35,652 bases of DNA, taken from IMG/VR virus record IMGVR_UViG_3300033076_000676, positions 1 to 35,652 of that record; one strand, written 5' to 3'. The translations under genes were made by a program, and so were the position numbers. The notes beneath the pieces are model-generated. The model saw nothing but the letters and a program-made list of their open reading frames with translations, was not told the DNA's origin and searched no databases. Origin of the DNA: a virus (lineage: Duplodnaviria; Caudoviricetes). Below, piece by piece: positions 7,501 through 17,269 of this stretch (within the stretch, counting starts at the first letter, position 1; every line of letters begins with the position of its first letter).

Positions 7501-8298
7501 TTAAGAAGCAAGCGCCTCCAGGGTTCTCTTCACCTGACTCACCCCTCCAGACACCGGGTGATACGGAATCTTGGAGGACTTGATGATCCCGTCATGGGCG
7601 TGGGACAGGAACCCTACCATCCCAACGGCGGCATCTGCACCCTTCAACATGGCTTTCAGCGTGTCGGAGGACTGGTCTTTGGACCAGAACCGCAGATCCA
7701 GTCTCTGACCCATAGTGGTCTCGAGGTGCCTGGCTTGATCGTTCAGTGCGCCAGCGACTACAACCCTAGGCTTTTTTTCTCGGGATGCACCTCTGGGCAT
7801 CGGGTTGTGTTGAACGTGTTGCGGTGTTGCCCCAATCACCGGGGTGGGTGCCAGCAGCATTCGGAGGGTTGGATCCTGTAATGCAGCGACCAGGATCTTG
7901 GACAGCAGGGCGCCAGCCTTACTGACCAGCTCACCCTCAATTTCAATCCTGGCTCTTTGATTGGCGGCCTCTACAGCTTCGGCAATCTGAGATTCCAGGC
8001 TAGACACCTGTACTTCCTCCAGCTCCTTGAGCTTCTTCGGCACACCGTCGATGAACCAGGGCACTTGAGAAAGTGCGGCAATTTCCCTACGGCGATCCTT
8101 CGGCATCTGCTCCTGAGCTTTCTCTAAAGCTTCACGCAGACTGAAGACCTCCTTGTTCTTCATAGCAGTGGCGGCAGTCTCAATGAGAAGCGCCTGCTCC
8201 TCTGGAGACCAACGTACTCGAGACACTTTTGGTTCCTTTCGGCCATTAGCAGGAGTACGTATATTCGCTGATTTTTTGGGCATTTTGGGCAACCTCAC
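7501..8298 (-). CDS. hypothetical protein, possible N-terminal DNA-binding helices and a DUF2325-like C-terminal domain
   Basis: RVRWSPEEQALL resembles a Myb/HTH-like start; C-terminal ADAAVGMVGFLSHAH...KIPYHPV resembles DUF2325. Confidence 0.55.
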   Translation of the reverse strand: MRLPKMPKKSANIRTPANGRKEPKVSRVRWSPEEQALLIETAATAMKNKEVFSLREALEKAQEQMPKDRRREIAALSQVPWFIDGVPKKLKELEEVQVSSLESQIAEAVEAANQRARIEIEGELVSKAGALLSKILVAALQDPTLRMLLAPTPVIGATPQHVQHNPMPRGASREKKPRVVVAGALNDQARHLETTMGQRLDLRFWSKDQSSDTLKAMLKGADAAVGMVGFLSHAHDGIIKSSKIPYHPVSGGVSQVKRTLEALAS

Positions 8299-8326
8299 TT
8301 AAAATATATTTGGAGTACTGATAACT

Positions 8327-8590
8327 ATGCTATCGAAGCACCAACTTGAAGCATTCCTAAACCAATACGAAGTTCTTCGAGGAATCGAAGTGACGTATGA
8401 GAGCGAAATCAAAGAAGCGATTGCGCCTCATGTAGTTCTCCTCACTGGCATGGTGAACATCAAAGGAACTCCACACCTGTTCGAGACTGAACTGAACCTG
8501 GCGGAATTCCACACCCGTGAAGACTTGATGCTTCTCGGTAAGACAATCCTCAAAGCTTTCGATAAAGCCGGGGTAGAACAACTAGGATAA
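8327..8590 (+). CDS. hypothetical protein
   Basis: GGAG RBS; first gene of the plus-strand block. Confidence 0.7.
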   Translation: MLSKHQLEAFLNQYEVLRGIEVTYESEIKEAIAPHVVLLTGMVNIKGTPHLFETELNLAEFHTREDLMLLGKTILKAFDKAGVEQLG

Positions 8591-8596
8591 AAATTT

Positions 8597-8842
8597 ATGG
8601 CAGCACGCAAACGAGCAATCCGACACGACGACAACACACGAGCAAAGATCCAGGCGGCACAACTGATCAATCGATTGACAGCACATGCTACTGGTGAAAT
8701 CGAACTGTCAAGTACACAGGTAAGAGCTATTGAGGTTCTCCTCCGTAAAACCCTTCCTGATCTCTCTGATGTCCGTATGGAAGTTGATGCACAACCAATT
8801 ACGTTCCAGCTTGATCTAGGAAAATCAGGCGAGCAAGAATAA
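8597..8842 (+). CDS. putative terminase small subunit
   Basis: Immediately upstream of TerL; RAKIQAAQLINRL...STQVRAIEVLLRKTLPDL pattern. Confidence 0.6.
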   Translation: MAARKRAIRHDDNTRAKIQAAQLINRLTAHATGEIELSSTQVRAIEVLLRKTLPDLSDVRMEVDAQPITFQLDLGKSGEQE

Positions 8843-10270
8843 TTGGAAGTCATCAAATACAAACCACCTGGCGCTAACGCCGTTAAGTTCCACAGTTCCG
8901 ATGCCTTTGTGCGGGGGCTGATGGGGCCGGTGGGTTCCGGGAAGTCCTCTTCATGCTGTGTAGAAATCGTAGCTAGAGCACTTCGCCAGAAACCATCAGC
9001 CGATGGGGTACGAAGATCCCGTTGGTTAGTAATACGTAATACATATCCTGAGCTTAAGTCCACAACGATCAAGACCTGGGAGACCTGGTTCCCATCGACT
9101 GTGGCGCCAATCAAGTGGGATACGCCGATCACTTCGAATATGAAGATCTCCGATATTGGAGATGGCACTTCCATGGAACTCGAGGTTATGTTCATGGCGC
9201 TTGACCGTCCTACTGAGACAGGCAAGTTGCGCTCACTTGAATTGACCGGAGCATGGATTAATGAAGCATCTGAAATACCAAAAGAAATCTTCGACATGGT
9301 TACCCAGCGTGTTGGGCGTTTTCCTAGCAAGCTCCAGGGTGGTCCATCCTGGTGTGGAATCATTCTTGATACCAACCCTTGCGATGACGATCATTGGTAT
9401 TACAAGCTAGCAGAGGAAGAGAGGCCCGATGAATGGGAGTTCTTCCGTCAACCAGGCGGTCTGTACAAGGAGGGGGATCAGTATGTTCCCAATCCAGATG
9501 CAGAAAACATATTTAACCTACCTGGCGGATATCGATATTATCTACAACAAGTCCCTTCAAAGCAAGAGGACTGGATTAATGTATTTCTACTAGGGAACTA
9601 TGGATCCACAAAAGACGGTAAACCAGTTTATCCAGAATACAACGATAAGGTTCATTGCCTTCCAAAGAACGTGGAAGCAGAGCGTGGCCTCCCTATCGTT
9701 CTTGGTTGGGACTTTGGTCTTACCCCTGCTTGTGTGGTCATGCAGGTCACAGCAAGAGGAAAAGTAATCGTCCTCGATGAGGTGATTTCAGAGGACATGG
9801 GTATCCGGCAATTTGCCAACGATGCCGTTAAACCTCTACTGAACAACAAGTACCAAGGCTTCACTGTCTATTCTGCAGGCGACCCAGCCGGAAACATACG
9901 GGCGCAAACAGATGAACGTACTTGCTTACAAGAACTACTAGAAGCTGGTATCTACACAGAGCCGGCACCAACCAACGACTTTATCCCACGTAGGGAGGCG
10001 GTTGCCTTCTTCATGACGAAGATGAGCGACGGTGAACCCGCGTTCTTGCTGAACCCGCGTTGCGTAAACATCCGCAAAGGTTTGGCGGGTCGTTACAAGT
10101 TCGAGCGTCTGAAGACATCTGGACCAGCTCGATTCAAAGATAGACCTCTCAAGGACGGTTACTCGCACATCCAGGATGCGCTGCAGTACGCCTGCTTGAA
10201 GGTTCGAAGCGGTCTAACCCCATCAAGGGCGAGACATGTAAATAGAAAATCCGCTAAAGGCTGGACCTGA
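8843..10270 (+). CDS. terL: terminase large subunit
   Basis: Walker A GPVGSGKS, Walker B region AWINEASE, coupling motif DTNP, nuclease motifs GWDFG and HIQDALQY; TTG start. Confidence 0.95.
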   Translation: MEVIKYKPPGANAVKFHSSDAFVRGLMGPVGSGKSSSCCVEIVARALRQKPSADGVRRSRWLVIRNTYPELKSTTIKTWETWFPSTVAPIKWDTPITSNMKISDIGDGTSMELEVMFMALDRPTETGKLRSLELTGAWINEASEIPKEIFDMVTQRVGRFPSKLQGGPSWCGIILDTNPCDDDHWYYKLAEEERPDEWEFFRQPGGLYKEGDQYVPNPDAENIFNLPGGYRYYLQQVPSKQEDWINVFLLGNYGSTKDGKPVYPEYNDKVHCLPKNVEAERGLPIVLGWDFGLTPACVVMQVTARGKVIVLDEVISEDMGIRQFANDAVKPLLNNKYQGFTVYSAGDPAGNIRAQTDERTCLQELLEAGIYTEPAPTNDFIPRREAVAFFMTKMSDGEPAFLLNPRCVNIRKGLAGRYKFERLKTSGPARFKDRPLKDGYSHIQDALQYACLKVRSGLTPSRARHVNRKSAKGWT

Positions 10271-12354
10271 TGAGTTATTTGAACAACCAACCTCCTGTTG
10301 AAGCAGAGGTATCTGAACCAGGTGATCTAGAAGAGAACCTAGGTTTTGAGACCAACCTAGCTGCTTACGTCAAGCGATGCTGGGAAAGCGCTCGAGTTGC
10401 GCGCAATGAGATCACTGAACGTCTTCTCCGTTGCGAGCGTCAACGTCGTGGCGTCTATGACCCAGACAAAGCTGCTGACATTGCACGCATGGGCGGCTCT
10501 GATATTTACATGATGCTTACAGACGTTAAGTGTCGTGCTGCAGAGTCATGGATCCGTGACGTGATGTTGAACCAACAAGAGCGCGTGTTCGAATTGCAGC
10601 CTGCGAAGTCTCCGATGATGCCAATCGAAATGAAGTCGGCAATCATCGACTTGGTGAAGATGGAGGCCGAAGAGTATCTAGCTCAAGGCGGAGATCTTCA
10701 TCCTGAAACGTTCCGTGCCCGCATGGAAGAAGTCCATGAAAACATCACTCAGCGTTTGCGTGATGAGGCACAGGACGCAGCTCGCCGTATGGGTGACAAG
10801 ATCCAAGACCAGTTGAATGAAGGCAAGTTCTACCCAGAACTCAAGGCGTTCATCACTGACTTTGTGACCTTCCCTACAGCGATTATCAAAGGACCAAACA
10901 TCAAGCGCCGTAAAGGTATGGTGTGGGGTCCAGAGTTCCAGCCCATCGTTACCACAGAGTTCGTAAGAGAGATTGAGCGTGTCAGTCCATATGACATCTT
11001 CCCATCCCCGAGTTCTACTGGTATCGATGATGGATTCATCATTCAAAGACACAGGTTGAGCCGTGGCTCCCTCGAGGCTTTGCGTGGTACTCCAGGCATC
11101 AATGAAGACGCACTAACCACAATCATTCAGAGATACGGCAAGACTGGCTATAAGAGCTGGCAAGCCGGTGACACAGAGCGTCGCACCCTAGAAGGCAAGC
11201 CTTTCCGCACGCCAATCAACGAAGACAGTATTGAGACCCTAGAGTTCTGGGGATCGATCAATGGCGCCTGGTTGATTGAGTGGGGTATGGAAGGTGACAT
11301 CAAGGAAGATCGTGAGTATGAAGTCACTCTATGGATGGTTGGGCAAACTGTTTTTAAATGCATTCTCAATCCGGATCCGCTCGGTCGTCGTCCATATGAC
11401 ATCGCCAGCTGGGAAGAAGTACCGCATTCCTTCTGGGGAGTAGCGCTTCCTGAGATCATGCGTGACACCCAGGTGATGTGTAACGCCGCAGCTCGTAGCT
11501 TGGCGAACAACATGGGTATCGCTTCTGGTCCACAGGTTGAGGTTACTGTCGATCGTTTGCCTGACGGCGAAGACTTGACTGACATCTATCCTTGGAAGAT
11601 CTGGCAAGTAACCACAGACCGTACTGGTGGTGGTCAGCCAGCCGTAAGGTTCTTCCAACCAAACATGAATGCAGACGTTTTAATGTCTGTGTTCCAACAG
11701 TTTGCTAAACAAGCTGACGAAGTAACAGGCATTCCAAACTATGTGTATGGAAGTAGCAGTGTTAGTGGTGCAGGTAGAACTGCTAGTGGTTTATCTATGC
11801 TTATGGACAACGCAAGCAAAGGTATTAAGCAAGCAGTAGCAAACATTGATAAAATAGTATCTGGTATTGTGCAACGACTATATCTGCACAATATGATGTT
11901 CGACGATGATATTTATATCAAAGGCGACTTCAAAGTTGTAGCTAAAGGCGCAATCGGTCTTATCCACAAAGAGACCTTGCAAATGCGTCGTAATGAATTC
12001 CTCATGGCTACAGCTAACCCAATCGATTCTCAAATTGTTGGACCAGAAGGCAGAGCGTACTTGCTACGTGAGCTTGCTCGTGGCTTGCAAATGGATACTG
12101 AAAAGATCGTTCCAAATGCAGAGTCAATCAGCCAGCAGAAGGTTCAAGCAATGGCTATGCAGATGGCTGAGCAAATGGTTCAGCAAGCTCAAGCCCAGGC
12201 TCCTCAAGCCGCTTTACCTAGTGGTGAGCCAGCTGGCGGACAGGCTGCGAATACGGTTACACCAGTAGCTATGGCGGATGGTGGTCAAGCAACAGTTGAC
12301 GGACCATTCATGGCAGCTCTCAAAGAAGAGCTTGCAAGAAACGACGCTCTATAA
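10270..12354 (+). CDS. portal protein
   Basis: 694 aa directly after TerL; VSPYDIFP, FWGVALPE and RTASGLSMLM motifs; Gln-rich C-terminus. Confidence 0.9.
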   Translation: MSYLNNQPPVEAEVSEPGDLEENLGFETNLAAYVKRCWESARVARNEITERLLRCERQRRGVYDPDKAADIARMGGSDIYMMLTDVKCRAAESWIRDVMLNQQERVFELQPAKSPMMPIEMKSAIIDLVKMEAEEYLAQGGDLHPETFRARMEEVHENITQRLRDEAQDAARRMGDKIQDQLNEGKFYPELKAFITDFVTFPTAIIKGPNIKRRKGMVWGPEFQPIVTTEFVREIERVSPYDIFPSPSSTGIDDGFIIQRHRLSRGSLEALRGTPGINEDALTTIIQRYGKTGYKSWQAGDTERRTLEGKPFRTPINEDSIETLEFWGSINGAWLIEWGMEGDIKEDREYEVTLWMVGQTVFKCILNPDPLGRRPYDIASWEEVPHSFWGVALPEIMRDTQVMCNAAARSLANNMGIASGPQVEVTVDRLPDGEDLTDIYPWKIWQVTTDRTGGGQPAVRFFQPNMNADVLMSVFQQFAKQADEVTGIPNYVYGSSSVSGAGRTASGLSMLMDNASKGIKQAVANIDKIVSGIVQRLYLHNMMFDDDIYIKGDFKVVAKGAIGLIHKETLQMRRNEFLMATANPIDSQIVGPEGRAYLLRELARGLQMDTEKIVPNAESISQQKVQAMAMQMAEQMVQQAQAQAPQAALPSGEPAGGQAANTVTPVAMADGGQATVDGPFMAALKEELARNDAL

Positions 12355-12364
12355 GGAAAGAATT

Positions 12365-12949
12365 ATGGGATACAAACCAGACTGGCAAAACGGCACGATG
12401 AAGAAGTCTGCCGGCCACAAGTGTTCACCTGGCATCCAAGCACGTGAGTTGTTCCACGGCGCAAAGATGGCTAACGGCGGAATACTTAAAGGTTATGCAG
12501 ACGGCGGTGAAGCCGATACATCTGCAGTGTTCAAAGACACTGTGACTCAAACTGATTCTGGCTACGAGCCAATCAAAGAGTCTGCAGCTCCTGCAGCTGA
12601 AGCACCAAAGAACTTTGGAGCAGCCTTTAAAGAAGCTCGTGCTTCTGGCGCCAAAGACTTTGAGTGGAACGGAAAGAAGTACACAACACAAATTAAAGAA
12701 GAAGTTAAAGCAGCTCCGAAAAAGCCTGCCTTCGACATTGAAGATGGCAAGTTCATGACTGACAGCCAAGTTCGCGCATCAGCAGACAAGGCAGATGAGG
12801 ACAGGATCCGCAACGCAAAAGGTGGCAAGTTTGTTCAAGGCGCTACACCTAGCCGTCAATCAACTCCTACAGCGGATACGCGCACCAAGGAAGAAAAGAT
12901 CAAGGCAGCTAAGGGCGGCAAGTTCGTTCAAGGACGCACACCAGAGTAA
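12365..12949 (+). CDS. hypothetical virion-associated protein
   Basis: Likely start MGYKPDW at 12365 after AAGGA; FGAAFKEARASGAKDFEWNGKKYTT motif; repeated AKGGKFVQG. Confidence 0.7.
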   Translation: MGYKPDWQNGTMKKSAGHKCSPGIQARELFHGAKMANGGILKGYADGGEADTSAVFKDTVTQTDSGYEPIKESAAPAAEAPKNFGAAFKEARASGAKDFEWNGKKYTTQIKEEVKAAPKKPAFDIEDGKFMTDSQVRASADKADEDRIRNAKGGKFVQGATPSRQSTPTADTRTKEEKIKAAKGGKFVQGRTPE

Positions 12950-13179
12950 TGCTTAACCATCCAGATAAACGAATCCTCCAAGCCCTGGCTTCCCTCGAGT
13001 CTGATACAGACTTTCAGGTAGTCAAGGATTGGTTGTATGCCTCTCTGAACCAGATGTATATCGACGGTTCATTCGCCAAGGAAGACCACCAAGCAAGATG
13101 GTTCCAGGGCGCACAGCAGGTGTTGGCTGACCTTCTATCCAAGGCAGACCACGCCAGAGACGCAATACGAAAGAATTAG
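12949..13179 (+). CDS. small conserved protein between portal and scaffold
   Basis: TAATG coupling; position typical of podovirus head modules. Confidence 0.7.
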   Translation: MLNHPDKRILQALASLESDTDFQVVKDWLYASLNQMYIDGSFAKEDHQARWFQGAQQVLADLLSKADHARDAIRKN

Positions 13180-13182
13180 CCC

Positions 13183-13286
13183 AGCCGGGCAAATACCCTA
13201 GCTGACGGGTTTCAGTCAGCAATTAATGAAGACTAGATCACAGATCGAGTGAATACCTCGAGGACTCACTTTATCCGTACCTGGCT
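13183..13286 (+). promoter_or_regulatory. structured leader of the scaffold gene
   Basis: AGCCGGG/CCTGGCT closing stem encloses GCTGAC/GTCAGC and AGTGA/TCACT hairpins and ends just before the GGAG RBS. Confidence 0.45.
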
Positions 13287-13302
13287 CATGGAGACATAAA
13301 TT

Positions 13303-14223
13303 ATGGCAATGCCACGTGCAGTAGAAGCAGCAGCAAAGAAAGCCGAGGAGCTACACGCTCAGTTGTACAAACAACAGAATCCGGAAGATCCCTCAGCATC
13401 GAACCCCAACCCAGACCCTGACCCAGCTCCGCAAGACCCGCCAGCTGATCCAGCGCCCCAAGATCCACAAGATCAGAAGCCGCAAGATCCGCCGAAGGAA
13501 GATCCTTGGGAACACAAGTACAAGGTTATGGAAGGCAAGTATCGAGCTGAAGTGCCGCGACTTGCAGCTGAAAACCGTGATCTGCGTCAGAAATTCGATG
13601 CACTCACATCAGAGATAGAGAGTTTAAAGAGTCAGGCAAGTAAGCCAGCTCAATCACTCATCAGCCCTGAAGACAGAGAGAAGTACGGAGACGATCTTCT
13701 TGATGTCATTAAACGTGCCGCTCAAGAACAAGTAGCAGCCAAAGACCAAGAGATTGCTGAATTGAAGCGTCGTCTTGATGGAGTCCACCAGGACACTGCC
13801 AAGACAGCTGAAGTCACTTTCTACGACCGTCTAGGCGAACTAGTTCCTGACTGGGTATCGATTAATGCCGAAGATGGCTTCTTGAAGTGGCTTGATGAAT
13901 ACGATGAGTTCACTGGTCGTACACGCCAAGACCTCCTATCCGATGCTGAGAACGCTCGTGATGCAGTTCGAGTAGCACGGTTCTTCACCAAGTGGAAAGC
14001 CGAGCAACAGTCTTCTGTTGCAACCAGTCAAAGAGCACTTGAGTCCCAGGTTGTGCCTGACTCCAACAAGGTAGTCAAAGCACCGCAAGGAAAACGATTC
14101 TTCACTCGAGCAGAGATTTCGCAGTTCTACGCTGCAGCTCGCAGAGGTGAGGTAAGTGCAAAAGATATGGTTGCGATGGAAGCAGAAATCCATGCCGCTA
14201 CGCTCGAAGGTCGAATTCGTTGA
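13303..14223 (+). CDS. capsid scaffolding protein
   Basis: Pro/Asp/Gln-rich N-terminus, coiled coil, position directly before the major capsid gene, C-terminal EIHAATLEGRIR. Confidence 0.8.
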   Translation: MAMPRAVEAAAKKAEELHAQLYKQQNPEDPSASNPNPDPDPAPQDPPADPAPQDPQDQKPQDPPKEDPWEHKYKVMEGKYRAEVPRLAAENRDLRQKFDALTSEIESLKSQASKPAQSLISPEDREKYGDDLLDVIKRAAQEQVAAKDQEIAELKRRLDGVHQDTAKTAEVTFYDRLGELVPDWVSINAEDGFLKWLDEYDEFTGRTRQDLLSDAENARDAVRVARFFTKWKAEQQSSVATSQRALESQVVPDSNKVVKAPQGKRFFTRAEISQFYAAARRGEVSAKDMVAMEAEIHAATLEGRIR

Positions 14224-14264
14224 CCTTGAGTATCAGCGGTACTCAACCATATTAGGAGATTCAA

Positions 14265-15245
14265 ATGGCAGTAGATGTATCTAGCGGATATCCGCAGTAT
14301 TCTGGCAGCGCAAGCGGCTCGAAATTCATTCCAGAGATTTGGTCTGGCAAGCTCCAAGTTAAGTTCTATAAGTCAACAGTGTTGGCTGAAATCACGAACA
14401 ACGACTGGGAAGGCGAGATCAAGGGTTCTGGCGACAAAGTTCATATCCGTTCTATCCCAACAATCACAATCCGTGATTACACAAAGGGCTTGAACCTAAC
14501 AAACGAAGTGCCTGAAAGCACACCAATCGAGTTGACAATCGACAAGGGTAAATACTTCTCTGTTGTTTGCGACGACGTTGATGAAGTTCAAGCAGACGTT
14601 CGTTTGATGGACATGTTCACAAACGACGCAGCTGAGCAAATGAAGATCGCTATCGACGGTAACGTTCTTCAAACAGCTTACGTTGATGCAGCTTCAGCTA
14701 ACAAGGGTACAACTGCTGGTGCCATCTCTGGCAACATCAACCTTGGTACAGCTAACGCAGCTTTAGCGTTGACAAAAGACGGTGCCTCTAGCACTAAAGC
14801 AGTTCTTGATTTGATCCTAGACATGGGTCAAGTTCTTGACGAGCAAAACGTTCCTGAAGATGGTCGCTGGATGGTGATCACTCCTTGGATCGCAGCTTTG
14901 ATCAAGAAATCAGAATTGCGCCAGGCTTACCTAACTGGTGACGACACAAGCCCATTGCGTAACGGCAAGATCGGTATGATCGACCGTTTCACATTGTATG
15001 TATCTAACAACTTGAAGACTGTTGCTGATAACGCCGGTACATCTGGCTCAACAGCTGACGACTTCGTTGGTACATATGTGATGGCTGGTACACGTGACGC
15101 AGTTAGCTTCGCTTCTCAAATCACTAACGTTGAAACACTACGTGCACAAAGCACATTCGGTAACATCGTTCGTGGTTTGAACGTTTACGGTTTCAAAGTT
15201 GTTAAACCAGAAGCTTTGGTAACAGCTTACGTAAAACGTGGCTAA
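14265..15245 (+). CDS. major capsid protein (HK97 fold, P22-coat-like)
   Basis: FIPEIWSGKL, WEGEIK..GDKVHI, LDEQNVPEDGRW and VRGLNVYGFKVVKPEAL motifs; strong RBS; followed by a terminator. Confidence 0.92.
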   Translation: MAVDVSSGYPQYSGSASGSKFIPEIWSGKLQVKFYKSTVLAEITNNDWEGEIKGSGDKVHIRSIPTITIRDYTKGLNLTNEVPESTPIELTIDKGKYFSVVCDDVDEVQADVRLMDMFTNDAAEQMKIAIDGNVLQTAYVDAASANKGTTAGAISGNINLGTANAALALTKDGASSTKAVLDLILDMGQVLDEQNVPEDGRWMVITPWIAALIKKSELRQAYLTGDDTSPLRNGKIGMIDRFTLYVSNNLKTVADNAGTSGSTADDFVGTYVMAGTRDAVSFASQITNVETLRAQSTFGNIVRGLNVYGFKVVKPEALVTAYVKRG

Positions 15246-15258
15246 TCAGTAGTAACGG

Positions 15259-15291
15259 AGGGGTGGGAGAAATCCTGCCCCTTTTTCTTTT
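15259..15291 (+). terminator. intrinsic terminator after the capsid gene
   Basis: AGGGGTGGGA-GAAA-TCCTGCCCCT followed by TTTTCTTTT. Confidence 0.85.
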
Positions 15292-15303
15292 ATGGGGTAA
15301 TTA

Positions 15304-15588
15304 ATGAAGTTATTGAGACAAAAGACATCTGGTGAAATCTATATCTGGGACGAAAGCTTAGCTGCACGCTCTGACATGGAAGAGTACGTTAAACCAGAAG
15401 TTCAATCTGAGAGTGTTCCAGTAGAGCAAGCTGAGATTGAAGTAACAGAAGTTCCTGAAATCGAAGTGACAGCTCCTGTTGAAGAGGTAGTGAATGAAGA
15501 AGAAACCAGTGTGGGATCAACCGAATCCGAAGAAGCAAAGCCAGAAGCTAAGCCCAAAGCAAAAAGCAGAAGCAAAAGCCAAGGCTAA
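15304..15588 (+). CDS. hypothetical acidic protein
   Basis: 94 aa, Glu-rich, first gene after the capsid terminator. Confidence 0.65.
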   Translation: MKLLRQKTSGEIYIWDESLAARSDMEEYVKPEVQSESVPVEQAEIEVTEVPEIEVTAPVEEVVNEEETSVGSTESEEAKPEAKPKAKSRSKSQG

Positions 15589-15652
15589 GGCTGCTGGTAG
15601 ACCATACCCCAACCTGGTTGACAACATGAACGCTGCCAAGAAAGGTAAGTAA
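15494..15652 (+). CDS. small basic phage protein, 52 aa (MKKKPVWDQPNPKK...AAGRPYPNLVDNMNAAKKGK)
   Basis: Own translation in the +1 frame; GAGG RBS at 15484-15487; stop abuts the next ATG; not in the ORF track. Confidence 0.65.
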   Translation: MKKKPVWDQPNPKKQSQKLSPKQKAEAKAKAKAAGRPYPNLVDNMNAAKKGK

Positions 15653-15964
15653 ATGAAAGCCAGCAACATTAAGCGTGAGGGCGGCAAGCTCGTCTACCGA
15701 GGCGAAGAGTTTGCTGGCTTCAACAAGCCGAAGAAAGACACCAGCGGCGGCAAGCACAAGAAGGTGGTGCTAGCCAAGAAAGGCGATGAAGTGAAGTTGG
15801 TTCGATACGGTCACAAGGACTACGAAGACTTCACGCAACACAAGGACCCCGAGCGTAGAGCGAACTATCTGAAGCGCTCCGCAGGAATCAAGGACAAAAA
15901 CGGGAAGCCCACCAAGGACGACCCATTCAGCCCAAATTACTGGGCACGTAAGGATTTGTGGTAA
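15653..15964 (+). CDS. basic viral protein, DUF5754-like
   Basis: VRYGHKDYEDFTQHKDPERRANYLKR...SPNYWARKDLW pattern; family assignment from recall. Confidence 0.6.
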   Translation: MKASNIKREGGKLVYRGEEFAGFNKPKKDTSGGKHKKVVLAKKGDEVKLVRYGHKDYEDFTQHKDPERRANYLKRSAGIKDKNGKPTKDDPFSPNYWARKDLW

Positions 15965-16290
15965 TGGCAACTTTTCAAAACGTTATCGATAGCGCACGAG
16001 TAGATCTGCAGGATGCGGACAAGATTCGCTATACCGATGCACAACTACTCGAGTATGCAAACGATGGCGTTCAGGAAGGTTTTCGCTATCGCCCTGACTT
16101 CCTATTGGGACAGTATGGCGCAGCAGCCACAACCTTTGTAGCGGGCAGCACAGTACCGTACCCATCCAACTACCAGATGTTATTGAAGCACTACGTCGTT
16201 GCTCGAGCAGAGCTTCGTGACGATGAGTACTCACAAGACGGTAGAGCAGCTGCGCTTCTTGGGCGCTTTGAAAAGGAGCTTAAGAAGTGA
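15964..16290 (+). CDS. putative head-tail adaptor/completion protein
   Basis: VIDSARVDLQD...RYTDAQLLEYANDG...RPD pattern; position after the capsid gene. Confidence 0.65.
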   Translation: MATFQNVIDSARVDLQDADKIRYTDAQLLEYANDGVQEGFRYRPDFLLGQYGAAATTFVAGSTVPYPSNYQMLLKHYVVARAELRDDEYSQDGRAAALLGRFEKELKK

Positions 16291-16937
16291 GCACGGCACA
16301 TTCAGCATTCCTTGATTATGTAATGCCGCACGTACCTGGATGCACTCCAGAGATGGCTCTACTCGAGATCAAGAACACAATCATTGACTTCTGTGAGAAG
16401 AGTTTGATCCTCCAGGTTGACCACGACCCAGTTACTGCGGTTGCTGGAATCATGGACTACGACCTCGAGCCACCGAAAGATTACCTTGTAACCAAGATCA
16501 TGAAGGTTTGGTACAAGGGTCAGGAGCTAGACGGCGAATCTCCTGACGAGATTAAAACACCATCTGTGTACAACCAGAACTCCGGTTACCTAGTGAACCG
16601 TGGAGACCCTAGGTTGTACCTCCAAAAAGACGCTCGCAGCTTCTCTGTGTATCCGATACCAACTGAGACTGCGAAGCTCTCCCTAACCTTGCGTGTGGCA
16701 CTCAAGCCCACTCGGTCAGCACAAACCATAGACGATCTTATTTTCGAAGAGTATGCGGAGATCATTGGTCATGGTGCTATTACACGCTTGGCCCTATCCC
16801 CTGGCAAACCTTACACCAATCCGCAGCTAGCTAGTGCACGCCTTGGCTTGTACACAGCCGGATTAAATGTAGCTCGAGACAGAGCGCAGAAGGGTTACGT
16901 CAGACAAAGCAAACATGTGAAGATGAGGCGCATCTGA
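16287..16937 (+). CDS. putative tail adaptor / tail tubular protein A-like
   Basis: VMPHVPGC...IIDFCEKS and VYPIP...VALKPT motifs; position in the module. Confidence 0.65.
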   Translation: MSTAHSAFLDYVMPHVPGCTPEMALLEIKNTIIDFCEKSLILQVDHDPVTAVAGIMDYDLEPPKDYLVTKIMKVWYKGQELDGESPDEIKTPSVYNQNSGYLVNRGDPRLYLQKDARSFSVYPIPTETAKLSLTLRVALKPTRSAQTIDDLIFEEYAEIIGHGAITRLALSPGKPYTNPQLASARLGLYTAGLNVARDRAQKGYVRQSKHVKMRRI

Positions 16938-17269
16938 TGTCCGAAAAGATCAAACTAGTACAAGGCGACTCACGCCCAGCGTTGGTTGTCACACTAACAG
17001 ATGACCAAACAGGAAGTGCGATTAGCTTAACTGGAGCAACCGTTCGCCTCAAATTTAGGGCTGTCGGCACAGAAACAGTGTTGAGCACCCTAATTGGAAG
17101 CGTTGCTGGAGATCCTGTTGGTCAGGTTGTATTCCATTGGGCCAGCGCCCCTAACAGCTTGAACGTTGAGCCTGGCGATTATGAAGGTGAGATTGAAATC
17201 ACATTTCAAGACGGTCAGATTCAAACAGTATATGACTTGTTGAAGTTTAAGATTCGTCAGGACTTCTGA
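16937..17269 (+). CDS. BppU N-terminal-like Ig-fold structural protein
   Basis: IKLVQGDSRP, ISLTGATVRL and GDYEGEIEITF motifs. Confidence 0.65.
   Translation: MSEKIKLVQGDSRPALVVTLTDDQTGSAISLTGATVRLKFRAVGTETVLSTLIGSVAGDPVGQVVFHWASAPNSLNVEPGDYEGEIEITFQDGQIQTVYDLLKFKIRQDF

Noticed and set aside
7435-7881. 148-aa plus-strand ORF
   Set aside because: Antisense to the better-supported 7501-8298 gene.
8428-9375. 315-aa minus-strand ORF
   Set aside because: Antisense shadow of the terminase genes.
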